64,000 nt of DNA from Octopus sinensis (taxonomy: Eukaryota), in assembly GCF_006345805.1 (NCBI RefSeq), contig NC_043013.1:372001-436000 (forward strand), written 5' to 3'. The translations under genes and the position numbers were made by a program. This document shows, in pieces, positions 1 to 13,648 of this stretch. Each line of letters starts with the position of its first letter. The stretch's first letter is position 1. The notes under the pieces are model-generated. The model saw nothing but the letters and a program-made list of their open reading frames with translations, was not told the DNA's origin and did not search any database.

Positions 1-627
1 CTTTAACCTACTTCAGACAATTAACATTGAACTTTTAGCATTTTCTCATTTGGTTATTATCTTTCCATTTCATTTGTTTTTATAACCAGTGTTTCAATCT
101 TGCAAATCTTTAATCTTTACACAATTTGTCAGCAGTTTATTCCAAATTAGATTTTTAATATCCTGCAATGGTTTCTCACTCATCAGAAAACCAATTTGTC
201 ACAGAGAAAGTAATGAATCAATGGATTTCAAAATCTGCAGAAACGAGAGCCAACATTGGCACCATTTAACCACTGACCATTACACACATTTAACTTGGGT
301 TAGGGTTAATACAGCCATTAGCAAAACTCAGCAACTTCAACTGAACTCATCCAATCTATTATCCAAGCATCATAGTGTAGAAAGTAAAACTATCAATCTG
401 AAAAAATAACCATTTCAATGTAACTTTCCTTGTTTTAGAGTATTAGCATACCTGTCTAGAAATACAAATGCTCTTTACCAAAATAACATGGCTCCTCACA
501 TTTGCATATCCTAATGGTTTTGTAGAATGGTGGAAGAGTTTGCAGGCCATATTTGCAGTACATAACTAAAAATGATTTTATGACAAAGCCCTTACAATGA
601 AATTAAAACAAGAGCTGTTTTGGTAGG

Positions 628-696
<69 letters not shown>

Positions 697-1254
697 TGCA
701 TTCTCATTGCAGAACAGAATCAATCAAGAAAATTTAGAAATTTTTGAGAATCTTAAATTTAAATGCTTAAAAAATGAACAAAAGGTGTGCTTCAAAAAGT
801 TTTGTAAGTGCTTGGTTCTGATTTTGGTCTTAGTGGTATTTACTCTGCAATGAGGTAACTCCCTAAAAATAGACACAACTCAAGGTAAACCCAACCTTTT
901 AAAAAAAGGACAAAGATCAATAAATTGGGTACTAAAATATGCACAACCAATATAATTTGTTAAAACCCTTGAAAACAATACCCTAGTATGGCCACATTCC
1001 AATCACTAAAACCAGTATGAAAATAAGATATATCTTGACATTCAGAAAAAAACCATTTGATTTATAGATCAATAATATTACTAGAGCTGGAGAGGAAAAT
1101 CTAGTCTTAGAAGCCCTCGTGTGTGACTTTCTGAAACAATTCTTACTTCAATAAAATTCTATTTGCAAAAATGTATACAGAACTACTTTAACTTGTCTTT
1201 AATGTGGGTTTCAAATACAAATAGGTTTATCAGTTGTCAACTAGAGCCTAGAGT

Positions 1255-1760
1255 AGCTAGACATTTAATGACCTGCTATTACTGATGATACAGAGAATTT
1301 CTTTTCATCAAATATACAGGTTATATGATGAGGTGGAGAGACTTCATGTCACACAGAACAAGATAGAGAAAACTGAAAGTTCTTAGCAGACAAATAGGAA
1401 GAGAAATGTCTTCTATACTTGTGATGTTAAATAAGTTGATAAGGTGATGCATGAAGATTATAATGGTATGAGAATCAATAATAAAAAACTGTGACTAAAA
1501 ACTCAATGTAAAATAAGTAGAGAAAGAGGAACCAGATTAAAGCAGATCTGTCCATACCAATGAATTACAGAGATTATAATTCATCTTCCATTTGTCCAGA
1601 TGAAGAACAGCTCCCATGATCTTTGCCAGATCTCTCATGATAGTGAAGAAGTGGGGGAAAGACCACAACCAATGGGTTGATACAGTTGAAAGCAACACAT
1701 CAAAATGTTGCACTCAATCCTCGGACTGGAGACAGTCTGAATGACTGCAACTAAATGGAC
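1255..1760 (+). mobile_element. Old, degraded RTE-like LINE fragment
   Basis: Stop-riddled sequence resembling an RTE ORF2 C-terminus (e.g. GGGGGAAAGACCACAACCAATGGGTTGATACAGTTG ~ G.RP..WVDTV). Weak. Confidence 0.3.
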
Positions 1761-2328
1761 TCTGCTAAAGACACCCATCAGTCCAATGGTGACATTACAG
1801 TAATCAACAGATTAGTTCTACAGTTTGATGGCTTCTGCACTTTCTAGGCCACAGTAGAAAACACATGCCCATACTGTGCATGTGGAATGAAACCCAGAAC
1901 CATCCGATTGCAAAATGAACTTAAAAATAAAAGCAACAGGCTGGACAGGATTAAGTTTAGAAATATACAGAAGTTACGAATTTTAACAGTGAAAGAGTAA
2001 CTGATCAGAAGAAATCCAAATTACAAGAATAACCCTGAACAGTTTTTAAAAAGTTTGATGTAATGATACGTTGAAATTGTTTAAACATCAACCTTGCAGT
2101 ATTCAGCAGCTCTTTATCTCTGACTTTAAATTTCCTTAAAGTTCAACTTTGCTTTTCATCCTTCTGGGCAAAATAGAATTAAATCCCAGTCAGGTTGATT
2201 TAAATACTCTTGTAAAGCATCATAGATGTGAATGGAATTATAATAGATGTATTTGATGACATAAATCCAACTCTTTATTTCAGCAGGGAATAAACGAGAA
2301 ACAAGAGATTTTGATGAGTGTTAAAATA

Positions 2329-3959
2329 CAGTGGCGGCCAAAATGTTCAGAACGGCATTGTTTTCGTCAGAAAAGTAGATATAATTTTTTATCAAAGTTG
2401 TTTTATATTCTATAATTTTCACAGACAATAAATACGATATTATTTGTTATTGCCTGAGATTTTGGTGTAATTTGAGAGGATAATACAAAAGTTATGGATG
2501 ATTTAGTGATTTACTGCAAAACCCATGGCGGCCAAAATGATCAGAACAGTTGCTTTTACTCCATGTTTTAGTATATTTAACCGGCAAACTCTAATGTTTT
2601 GAATTTGTTTACGTGACGGTTCGTTTACTAAACATTAGTAAAAATATTTGCAGTGTACTTTGTTAATATAATGCCACTTATTCCATTACCAATTCATCAG
2701 CAGGTTATAAAGCTTCGAAGGAAAGATAATTTAAGTATTGGATCTATTGCAAAGATTGTTAACAAGTCAAAAAGTAATGTACACGGTATTCTTAAGGTCT
2801 ACGATGACTGTGGTTCGTGTGAAGCAAGAAAGTTTACAGGTAGGCCAAGAAAAACGACCAAGAGAGAAGATCGTGCTATGGTAAAGTTGGTTAAAAGGGA
2901 CAGATTTAAAACTGCTGCTGCTGTTTCTCGGAAAATGAGCATTGTATTGAAGAAAACTTTATCTCGAAAAACTGTCTCGTCGTTTAGTTGAATATGACCT
3001 ACAAGCAAGAGCACCTGCAGTAAAGCCACTGATCAGCTCCAAGAATAAAAAGTGTCGTCTTACCTTTGCAAACAAACATGTGTTGAGGTTTCAAGAAAAA
3101 TGGCAAACGGTGCATTTCAGTGATGAATCTAAATTTATGTTATTTGGCTCAGATGGGAAAAGGTACGTTCGAAGAAAAGTAGGTGAAAAATTGTTGCCTA
3201 AATGCCTTAAGACTAGTGTTAAATTCGGTGGAGGAAGTGTCATGGTTTGGGGAATGATATCTGGAGATGGTGTGGGGCCCTTTGGTGCGATTACATGAAA
3301 AGGTAAATGCAGGAGTTTATAAACAACTTGTAAAAGATCATGTCTTGCCTGTGCTGAGAAATTCAACTAAGCGACCACCCATATTCATGCAGGACAATGC
3401 CCCATGTCACAAGGCTAAGGTGGTCGTGAACTTCCTTAAGGCTGAAAAGGTTATTGTTATGGATTGGCCTGCTCAAAGCCCAGATCTCAATCCTATTGAA
3501 AATGTATGGAATATTCTAGAACGTTCGAAAGCCAGAAATCCTAAAACAACTGAGCAATTATGGAATGCCCTTCAGGAAGAATGGAATAAGATCACCCAGC
3601 AAGAAATTGAAAATTTAATTTCCTCATGCAGTCAAAGATGTCAAAGTGTGATTGAAGCTAAAGGGCTTCACACTAAATATTAAATAATTCCAGTATTCTC
3701 TGTCATTTTTTATTATTTTGTTATTTTTTCAACCATTCTGATCATTTTGGCCGCCATGGGTTTTGCAGGAAATCACTAAATCATCCATAACTTTTGTATT
3801 ATCCTCTCAAATTACACCAAAATCTCAGACAATAACAATACAATATTATATTCTATTTATTGTCTGTAAAAATTATAGAATATAAAACTACCTTGATAAA
3901 AATTTATACTTACTTTTCTGACGAAAACAATGCCGTTCTGAACATTTTGGCTGCAAATG
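2329..3959 (+). mobile_element. Full-length Tc1-family DNA transposon (IR/DR type, ~220-bp TIRs, TA target duplication)
   Basis: Left TIR 2329-2546 (TA|CAGTGGCGGCCAAAATGTTCAGAACGG...) and right TIR 3736-3959 (...CCGTTCTGAACATTTTGGCTGCAAATG|TA) are reverse complements. Each carries an outer and an inner copy of GGCGGCCAAAATG(T/A)TCAGAA. A transposase lies between them. Confidence 0.95.
2671..3683 (+). pseudogene. Tc1 transposase (DD34E) with two frameshifts
   Basis: Three joined frames give a paired-like HTH (MPLIPL...GRPRKTT), WQTVHFSDESKF, GGGSVMVWG, FMQDNAPCH and WPAQSPDLNPIENVW. The second catalytic D and the E are 34 residues apart. Frameshifts lie near 2980 and 3281, and the stop is at 3681-3683. 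Confidence 0.93.
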
Positions 3960-4499
3960 TATATAACTAAAGTATACAGAAAAAAAATTGATATTTTGTT
4001 TCTGAAAGTATCAGTAATGATGATGATGAATGAGTTTGACATGGTAAAGATACAGCGAGGAAACAGCTGTGTATCTCAGAGCTACAACAGAGCAAGGAAA
4101 GTGAAAACAGGTAGGTCTATTAGATAACCAAGGAAGGTGGCCAAAAAAATACTAACCCCCAACTCATCATAGCATTTCCGTACAACAAAAAATTTATGTA
4201 TAGATAACATGGAAAATCTTTAAAACAAAAATGGGAATTTACAAGTTGAAAGAGTTAAAATTTGTATATCAAGACTTGAAATGAAATCTAATATACTAAC
4301 CAGCTTTGTTTTTATTTTTCACACCATTTAAATATATCTTTGCACCCTATTCTTACATGTAGATCAATAGATATACCAAAAAAGTTCATAAAAAAACAAA
4401 ACCAGTCACAAAAAATTTTTATCAAAAAAGCTTAACTGAATATCATAAAAAATTAGAACAAGTCATCAAAAGTCTAGTCACATATCCAAAGAAAGTAAC

Positions 4500-4832
4500 C
4501 AAGAGTTAGCTGTGTGGTAAGAAGCTTGCATCCCAACCACATGGTTCTGGGTTCAGTCCCACTGCATGGCATCTTGGGTAAGTGTCTTCTACTATAGCCT
4601 TGGGCCAACCAAAACCTTGTGAGTGGATTTGGTAGATGGAAACTGAAAGAAGCCTGTCATATATGTGTGTGTGTGTGTGTGTCCACCATCACTTGACAAC
4701 CAATGTTGATGTGTTTACGTCCCCATAACTTAGCAGTTCTTCAAAAGAGACCAATGGAATAAGTACTAAAGGTGGTGCTCCAGCATGGCTGCAGTCAAAT
4801 GACTGAAACAAGTAAAAACAATAAAAGAATAA
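4500..4832 (+). mobile_element. tRNA-derived SINE, family 1 (CORE-like CTTGGGCAAGTGTC segment, internal TA/TG microsatellite)
   Basis: Colinear with the copies at 22616-23006, 25895-26284(-) and 54385-54770(-). Has a tRNA-like head GCTGTGTGGTAAG...GGGTTCAGTCCC and a 3' GCAGTCAAATGACTGAAACAAGTAAAA end. Confidence 0.85.
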
Positions 4833-5961
4833 ATATGCCAAGTCATGCATTTTGCTGCCATGTTATAGAGAATTTTAGATTAAGGTAATGTACGTTGAAA
4901 AGTTCAAGACTCATAAATCAGACTTCTTGTGAAGAGAAAACAAACCAATAAAAAACCAGATTGGAAGACAATGATTAAATTTCAGTAAATAATACTTAAA
5001 AGAATATGAAGTTTTATTTACAACCAAATCATTTGCTTCGTTGAGGAATTAAGCAGGAAACTCAAGAAAACTGAATTGGCTCAGGTAAAATGAATTGAGA
5101 AAGGCTATATACCAAAGCCATATAAAGAAAAAAAACTGGTCAAAATTCAGTAAGTGCCAAGGTTTGCCAAAAGCCTGTTTTAGAGATTCATTTAGGATTA
5201 ATTTTCCAATGATATTTCAGGGATCTTGTGTCACTTTTAAATCAGAGACCTTGTCCAACTGCTTGCAACAAAGAAAATACCACTAAACATACCCATGGGC
5301 CAGGTGATGCTAAATAAGGCACCAGATTAAACCCATCAAAGAACAGTACTAGGTTCTGTTCAACAAATTTCACACAAGTGGACCTGGTCAAGACTATGAC
5401 AGAAGACGCCCATATATACGATTCCACGTTGATTTCTCTAAGAAAATCAACCAAATATTTTTCTTTCATATACTAGTGCAACAAACATATTAAAACACCT
5501 CTGTACCAAAAACTACAGAAATAATTCACACATAAAACTCTTAGTAAACCTTGCATTTCAAAAGAAAACAAGAAATATGCCATGTGAATAATATTCTCTT
5601 AAAAAACTCTTTGCTACAGTATTATATGAGGCTGATTACATCCACTCAAGTATGAAGCAGTGTAAAAATTTAAATTCACTGTAGTTGTCATCCTTTAAGG
5701 GTGTGGCTGACAAAATAAATCTACAGAAAATCTAACATCAGAAATGCTTAAAAGTAATATTAGATTCTAAATACCTTACTGGAAGAAAATCTAATTTATT
5801 GAATAAACAAATTAGTTTTTTAGCATCTCAGTCATCTACTATGCAGAAAAAAGAACAAACTTCTATAAGGCAGAATACAATGTTAGAAAACTGATTGGAA
5901 GAGGAACCCTACCAAGAATAACCAAACATACTAAAGTTACATGCTGCAATGGAAGTTATCG

Positions 5962-6108
5962 TCATCGTTTAACGTCCGCTTTCCAAGCTGGCTTGGGATG
6001 GATGGTGAGCCAGAGGCTGCACCAGGCTCAATCTGATCTGGCAAAGTTTCAACAGCTGGATGCCCTTCCTAACGCCAAACACTTCGAGAGTGGAGTGAGT
6101 GCTTTTAC
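5962..6108 (-). mobile_element. RTE LINE 3' end fragment
   Basis: Reverse complement of the RTE 3' UTR at 13490-13648 (AGGAAGGGCATCCAGCTG...GGACGTTAAACGATGA). Confidence 0.8.
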
Positions 6109-7944
6109 ATAAATTAAACAAAAACCACTGTGCAAGCAGCAATAAAGTGTTGGTCCAATCAGTAGAAACCTATCACAGGCAAAGTTTTCCAGTAACCAAA
6201 GCCACTGGAGTGAAATTTGGTAAAGAGAAACTAAAGAAGCCTGTTGGAGAGACGGCTGCTGTTCTTGGATGTTAGACTTTATCTGGTGTTAAAATAGTCA
6301 AGAAAATAATTCTGAAAACCTTGCGTAGACAAAAATCAAGTTAAAACAGAAAAAAATATAGAAGTAGAAACTTGAAGACAATTCAAGAATTAATAAGAAG
6401 AGGGCAGAAATAGAAACAAGTGTGGAAAATGGCACCGTAACATAAGAGTATAACAGAGAAATGTCTGGAATGAACAACTGCAAATGACAATGCTTGAAAC
6501 TTTCAAACTGATAATGTCTAAAAGTTCACAACCTATATCAGAAATATTGACAGTTTATTAAAAACGACTTAAAAATTAACCTGACAAATGAAACCTTTGC
6601 AGAAAGTCATAAAATGAGTTGCAGAATCAAAAGCAAATACTAAGTTACTGACCCTGACTAAATGTAATAGAATGCATTAAAATTGCTAATTACATAGGCA
6701 CCAATTTAAACCATTAGCATTTAAACCAGCCATATCCAGCCCAAATATTCTGTTTTATGCTCAATCTGACTAGATCTGGCTTCTACCTGATATCATTCTC
6801 AAGGTAATCACATTACTGACATCTCAAGCAAGATGTGATATTAAAGCCATTTTCGCCTAAATACAATTGTAGATACTGTGAAATTTTCCAATGTTTCAAA
6901 TAGAGATGGATTTTTTTGTTTTTGTAATTACTGATTCTGACCTTGAAGGATTTACAAAATATGAAAAAGTAAATAATAGTGGCTTGTCTTCAGACGAATA
7001 AGATGTTTCTGAATTTTCTTCCGACAAGAAAGAGTATTTTGATAAGAAAATTGATGAAAACCTTCAAAACATCATTCGAAACTGGTTAAACAATACAACA
7101 CTATTACATATTCCTTATTTTATCATGAATCATTGGTATTTATGCACCTTCTGACAAGAAATTTAAGTTACAAATATTTTTGATGGCCCCTTTTTGAGCT
7201 TGATTAATTCAAAACAATGTGAATAAATAGCATTACATTTGACGGTAATTCCAAATACTAATAGGTTAAAAATCAATCCGATTTAAGGACTTCTATGAAG
7301 GAGGATCTGGTCAAAGTAGTTCTGCTACTAAGAACAGGATATTAATATTTGATTTAACTATCCCATTTATTATATAAGGTTCCTTTTAGAAATTTTAAAG
7401 ATACAAACTTTTGATAGAATTTTTCTTTCATACGTTAACTTCGATTTCACATTCCAACAATACTTTAATCTCACCAAAATGTTATGAGTATATTTCTTTG
7501 AAAACAACTTGTGAAGTTGACTCAGGTGTTCAATCTTCTAGTTATTTTCTGTTGCAGTATGTTTTATACTTTATTATTTTTATATCAGTTTACTTTTTAC
7601 AGCTTTTTAATAAAAAAAATTTTATCTATATATATATATATCATGGAAGATGGACATTAAATGAGGATGATGATTATATATGTATACATATCATGGCAGA
7701 TGAATGTTAAACAACAATGAGATATATATATATATATATTTATTTATTTATATTGAGGGCATATATATATATATATATATATAATTTATATTAAGGGCAT
7801 ATTAAGGGAATAATTATAAATCTTTCCCTTATGAGGTTTTCACACTGACTACTTGATAAATTCTTATAAAGATTTTATCCTATTCTAAATTTATATATAT
7901 ATATAAACCACAATGGCATAGCAGCAACCTTTAACACTAAACAG

Positions 7945-8400
7945 GTTAAGGTGCCAAAAAGTATCCTGACAATTCACCTTGTCCATGTATGTTGTATACT
8001 TCCAATTATTAAGAAATATGGTAGGTCTAATTAAAAACAAGAACATCAAAATAAAGCTCCTGAAGGCATTAATTTTGGCCTGTTGCACCATTTCAGATTT
8101 TGAAACAAGGTGCGACTGGAGAATGCTGAAGATCAGCTGGACTGACCATTAAACAAGACAGTCGATACCTGGGGAGGAAACAGAAAGAGAATTTTTAGCA
8201 ACTGTTAGGAAGAGAAAGCCCAGAACCTCAGCAACCATAATCTAAGAGAGAAAAGTCACTGGAAAACAAGACTGAGAAGACATTAACTATACAACATCAA
8301 AGAATGAACTGGAAAACTCCAGGCTGAATGCTCAATTATAGCCACAGGCAGGAATTGATGGTGTCTATATCCACGATCCCTGGTCCTCAGCAATGTAGAT
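7945..8400 (+). mobile_element. Degraded RTE-clade LINE ORF2 C-terminal fragment (different family)
   Basis: Reads KIKLLKALI and WRMLKISWTDH...GRKQKENF.ATVRKRK, typical of RTE post-RT sequence, with stops and frameshifts. Confidence 0.55.
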
Positions 8401-9257
8401 GGGAATAAGCAAGGCAGTCATACAATTACAGAGGAATCAAATTTGTGGTACCATAAATCACAGTTGATTCCACACTGCAACTTTTACAGCCATCATCACA
8501 AAATAAATGTTATAAAACATTGTTACGACATATACAAAGTGTATAGAATTGTAAATGAAATTGGAAGAAGCTAAAGGATACATCTAAGAGGCCAATAGAA
8601 AGAAAACTAGCAGCAAAAGCCACACGGCAAACATAGCTTGGAATGTGTAGGTCTTCAAAAAATATAACTCATAATTTAGTTGTTCCAGTCACTGGAGTGT
8701 GGCCATGCTGGGCCACCACCTTCACTGGGCTTTAGTCAAACATATCAAACCCCACTACTCATTGTTTTAAGCCTGGTACTTTTGCTGAACCACTAAGTCA
8801 TGGGGATATAAACAAACACCAATTATCAAGCAATAGACAGGAGGGGGAAATACCAAGATATTGAGGCACAGGTATGGCCTAGCTAGGTTAAGAAGTTTGC
8901 TTTACAACGACATGGTTCCAGGTTTAGTCTCATTGTGTGGCACCTTGGGCAAGTATCTTTTATAGTCACCGGCTGACCAAAGCCTAATGAATGAATTTCG
9001 TAGACAAAAACTGGAAGAAACCAGTCATATATGTACGTGTTCATCTCCTTGCCTTCACATCACATACAAGTGGTGGCTATTTCCTATCTTCCAAGAAAAT
9101 ATGTCACGGGGAAATGTTACCTTATTTGGCAGTAGAAAATCCACTTCAAAAAATTCTGTCTGGCCCAAAGTATAGAAAATGGACAATAAAATGACAATGA
9201 TTATATATATACATATATATATGCACACACACACACAATACATACATATATATATAT

Positions 9258-9890
9258 GTATATATGGTGGTTGTCTACTCCTTATGCAGAGTTTGACCAC
9301 CACCTGTACCTACACCTTAGAACCATCATGGCATCTGATGTGGCTTTTTAAACCAGGCAATGTTCTGAAAAGACACCCACATAGATTGCACATCCGATTT
9401 GGACTACCAAGAGCTGCTGATTTTTGTTGATCTTAAAATGATTTTTGAGGCCTCTGTTAGATTTGCAGACCTGGCATACATTGCATTGAAAGGAGTGCAC
9501 AGACATATAGACAGAATAGTAGGTGGAGGTTTGTTTTCCATGGGTTCACAAATGAGATTTGAGACCAGCAAAAGAAAGGTATGGTCTACCATAAACTGTG
9601 CACACAAAAGGGTCATTGCGATTCACCTTCTTGATTGTAACATTCTTCCTTAAAACTTGAGTCTTGCATGCATTATCCTGGCCTCTTCAAACGCTTTCAC
9701 TCCACTTTTGTTTGCCATCCAGCTCAGTCCGAAGCAAGGGTTTCTATGTCCTCTGGATCCATTCCAAGTGACTTCATAGTAGTCTTTATGCCATCCTTAA
9801 ACCTTTTTTTAGGTTTATGCTGCAAACTCACCATAAAACAGCTGTTTGGGTGTGAATTCAACTGCCATTCATACAATATGGCCACACGAT
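9258..9890 (-). mobile_element. LINE 3' fragment with C-terminal C2H2-like zinc-finger remnants (RTE/BovB-like)
   Basis: Homologous to 25378-25865. Minus-strand translation of the family gives DLFVCTVCSRP..S.A.L...H. Both copies end at the same point before a TA-rich tract. Confidence 0.6.
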
Positions 9891-9977
9891 CTCATTTGGT
9901 TTCTGAAAATCATAACTTTAATTGAGGTGATGCCTGCAGATACATATATATATATATACTTACACACATAAATATAT

Positions 9978-11226
9978 AAAACCTAAGTTTTAGTAAGTGG
10001 AAAGGCGGACAAATCACAAATCCCTTCAGGTAGCTGGCCCTGCTCGATCTGTAGAAAAGGTGTAGGTAGAAACTCCATAACATGTACTTGGTGCAAGCTA
10101 TGGACACATAAGAGATGCAGCAATATCAAAGGAAGTTTCACTAGGAAGATAGTTTCCGTGTGTGGCAGATGCACAGATGCAATAAACACCAAAGATGTAC
10201 AGAAAACAGATTCCGTCACCTGCTAGAGGGAAAAAACTAGAAATAGTTGATAGCTTCTGTTACCTAAATGACCATGTCAGTAGCGGTGGGCAGATGCTCT
10301 GAGAGTGTAGCTGCTAGAATAAGAGTAACCATGGCAAAGTTTAGAGAGCTCCTACCTCTGCTGGTAACAAAGGGCCTCTCCCTCAGAGTAAGAGGTAAAG
10401 TGTATGATGCCCGTGTGCAAACTGCCATGCTACATGGCAGTGAAACATGGGCTGTAACATATCAAGGACATGCATGGGCTTGAAAGAAATGAAGCTAGTA
10501 TGCTCTGCTAGATGTGCAATGTCAGTGTGCATACACGTCAGAGTGTAAGCACCCTGAGAGAAAAATTGGACACAAGAAGCATCAAACGTGGTGTGCAAGA
10601 AAGACCACTGCGCTGGTATGGTCATGTGTATGGTTGAGGAGAGCTGTGTGAAATGTCAGACCCTGACAGTGGAGGGAACTTGTGAAAGAGAGATACCCAG
10701 GAAGATATGGAATGAGGTGGTGAAGCATGACCTTCAAACATTGGGCCTCACAAAGGCAATGACAAGCAACCGAGACCTTTGGAGATATGCTGTGCTTGAG
10801 AAGACCCAGCAAGACCCAGTAAGCCAAATGAGATCCTAGTTGTAACTGGTGCCAGTGTCGCATAACTGGCCCGTTTAAAACTACTCTTCAATCGTCAGGC
10901 AAAATGCCATGCTTGTGAAGACCTGTTGAACCGAGTGAAATCAGAGTCATGGCTGATGCCAGTGCCACCTGACTGGCATGTAAAAAGCACCATTTGAGCA
11001 TGGCCAATGCCAGTGCCGTCCGACTGGCTCCTGTGCCGGTGGCACGTAAAAAGCACCAACTACACTCTTGGAGTGGTTGGCATTAGGAAGGGTATCCAGC
11101 TGTAGATACCTTGCCAAATCAAATTGGAGCCTGGTGCAGCTTCCTGGCTTGCCAGTCCTCAAACCGTCCAACCCATGCCAGCATAGAAAGTAGATGTTAA
11201 ACGACAATGGTGATGATGATGATGAT
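9978..11226 (+). mobile_element. 5'-truncated RTE LINE (PHD-type finger, RT thumb, 3' UTR, (GAT)n tail)
   Basis: KT(K)VLVS-GSWPCSICRKGVGRNSI.CT.CKLWTHKRCSNIKG...VCGRC, then VDSFCYL, AARIRVTMAKFRELLPLL, MLHGSETW. Ends GTTAAACGACAATGGTGATGATGATGAT. Confidence 0.92.
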
Positions 11227-12007
11227 ATATATATATATACACACACACATACAGAGGATTCAATATAGCTTGTCTACCAAGTTCACTCTCAAGACATTGG
11301 TTGGCTCAGGGTGTTTGTAAAAGACACTTGCTCAAGGTGCTGTGTAGCAGGACTGAACCTGAAACCATGTGGTTGCAAAACAAATCTCTTAACCATATAT
11401 CCATGTGTGAACATTTTCAATATATTTATTTTCCAATTATAAATTATAATTCTATTATTAAGTTTCAATATTGCACTTGTATACATAAAATATCTTCCTT
11501 TCCCCACACAATTTTACACTTCCAATGAGGCCTACCTGGATGCAATATGGCCATATTGCACTCCTTTTCCTGTGTAAAAAGAATTCATCCCCAAGAGACA
11601 ATACACTCATTGGAAAATAGATGCACTCTTTCGATGTTTGATTTGGTTATTGAACTGCTAAGTTAAGGGACACAAACACACCAACACCAGCTGCCAAGTG
11701 GGGTGGGGGACAAAAACAACACACAAACATATACAACAAGCTTCTTTCAACTTCCATCTACCAAATCCACAGGCTTTGGTTGGCCCAAGGAGCTACACAA
11801 CAGAACTGAATCCAGAACCATTGTGGTTAAGCAAACGTCTTACAACAAATCCATGCCATTTAAGCTTTTTGATTATTATTATTATTATTATTATTATTCT
11901 GTATTTATATATCATATCTTTTCAATCTATCTCAACTCATCTAACAGTGTGTTGCTTGGTAATCTGGTATTGTTATTGGTGAGATTGGAAGACATTTTGA
12001 AAGACGT

Positions 12008-13648
12008 GGAAACTAGGGATAGATGAATGGCTGGTGATGAAGGGCTGTGCAAGCCATGTACAGAGATGCCATAAGTAAGGTTAGGGTTGGCAACATGTAC
12101 ACAGAAGAATTCAAAGTAGAGGTTGGGGTCCACCAGGGTTCAGTACTCAGCCCCCTCCTATTTATCATAGTCCTCCAGGCAATTACGGAGGAATTCAAGA
12201 CAGGTTGCCCCTGGGAGCTCCTCTACACTGACGACCATGCTCTAATTGCTGAGTCACTATCAGAACTGGAGAAGTTCCAGGTGTGGAAGGAGGGTTTAGA
12301 ATCGAGGGGCCTTAGGGTCAACCTAGCTAAAACCAAAGTACTAATAAGTAGGAAGGTAGACAATCCACAAATGTCTTCAGGAAGATGGCCCTGCTCGATC
12401 TGTAGAAAAGGTGTAGGTAGAAACTCTATAAGATGTACCCAGTGTAAGCTATGGGCACATAAGAGGTACAGCAATGTCAAAGGTAGGCTAACTGGGAAGA
12501 TAGTTTTTGTATGTGGCAGATGCTCGGGAGCATTAACCTCCGAAAATCTGCAGAAAACAACTTCCGTCACTTTCCAGGGGGAAAAAACTAGAAGTAGTTG
12601 ATAGCTTCCGTTATCTAGGTGACCAAGTCAGTAGTGGGGGGTAGGTGCGCTGAAAGTGTAACTTCTAGAATAAGAATAGCCTGGGCAAAGTTTAGGGAGC
12701 TCTTACCTATGCTGGTGACTAAAGGCCTCTCGCTCAGAGTAAAAGGCAGACTGTATGATGCATGTGTACAAACAGCCATGCTACATGGCAGTGAAACATG
12801 GGCCGTGACTGCTGAGGACATGCGTAAGCTCGTGAGGAATGAAGCCAGTATGCTCCGATGGATGTGTAATGTCAGTGTACATACTCGACAGAGCGTTAGT
12901 ACCTTGAGAGAAATGTTGTACCTAAGAAACATCAGTTGTGGTGTGCAAGAGAGACGATTGCGCTGGTATGGTCATGTGGCGAGAATGGATGAAGATAGGT
13001 GTGTGAGAAAGTGCCAATCCCTAGCAGTTGAGGGAACCCATGGAAGAGGTAGACCCAGGAAAACCTGGGACGAGGTGGTGAAGCACGACCTTCGAACTTT
13101 AGGCCTCACTGAGGAAATGACCAGCGACTGAGACCTTTGGAAATATGCTGTACGTGAGAAGACCAGGCAGGACAAATGAGCCCAGCCCACTCATGAATGC
13201 CTTTCCTCCCTTGGACACAAAGACCTCGATATAGAACCTCATCCGACGACAGGCACCCATGCCAACCCCCTTTGCTTGCGAAGACATGTTGGGGCAAGCA
13301 AAAGCGAAATCGAATTGAACCAGCCAGGATCCCTGGTCTGGTGGTACGTAAAAAGCACTATCCGACTCATGCCAGCGCCGCCTCGACTGGCTTCCGTGCC
13401 GGTGGCACGTACAATACACCAATCCGACCGTGGCCATTGCCAGCCTCGCCTGGCACCTGTGCAGGTGGCACGTAAAAAGCACCCACTACACTCACGGAGT
13501 TGTTGGCGTTAGGAAGGGCATCCAGCTGTAGAAACATTGCCAGATAAGACTGGAGCCTGGTGCAGCCTTCTGGCTTCCCAGATCCCCTGTCGAACCGTCC
13601 AACCCATGCTAGCATGGAGAACGGACGTTAAACGATGATGATGATGAT
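12008..13648 (+). mobile_element. 5'-truncated RTE LINE, relatively young (RT with PHD-type finger, 3' UTR, (GAT)n tail)
   Basis: ORFs 12047-12601 and 12619-13131 give GVHQGSVLSPLLF, WELLYTDD (YADD), GLRVNLAKTKV, a C4HC3 finger, SFRYLGD, MLHGSETW, RRLRWYGHVARM and GRGRPRKTW. One frameshift lies near 12590. Tail GTTAAACGATGATGATGATGAT. Confidence 0.95.
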
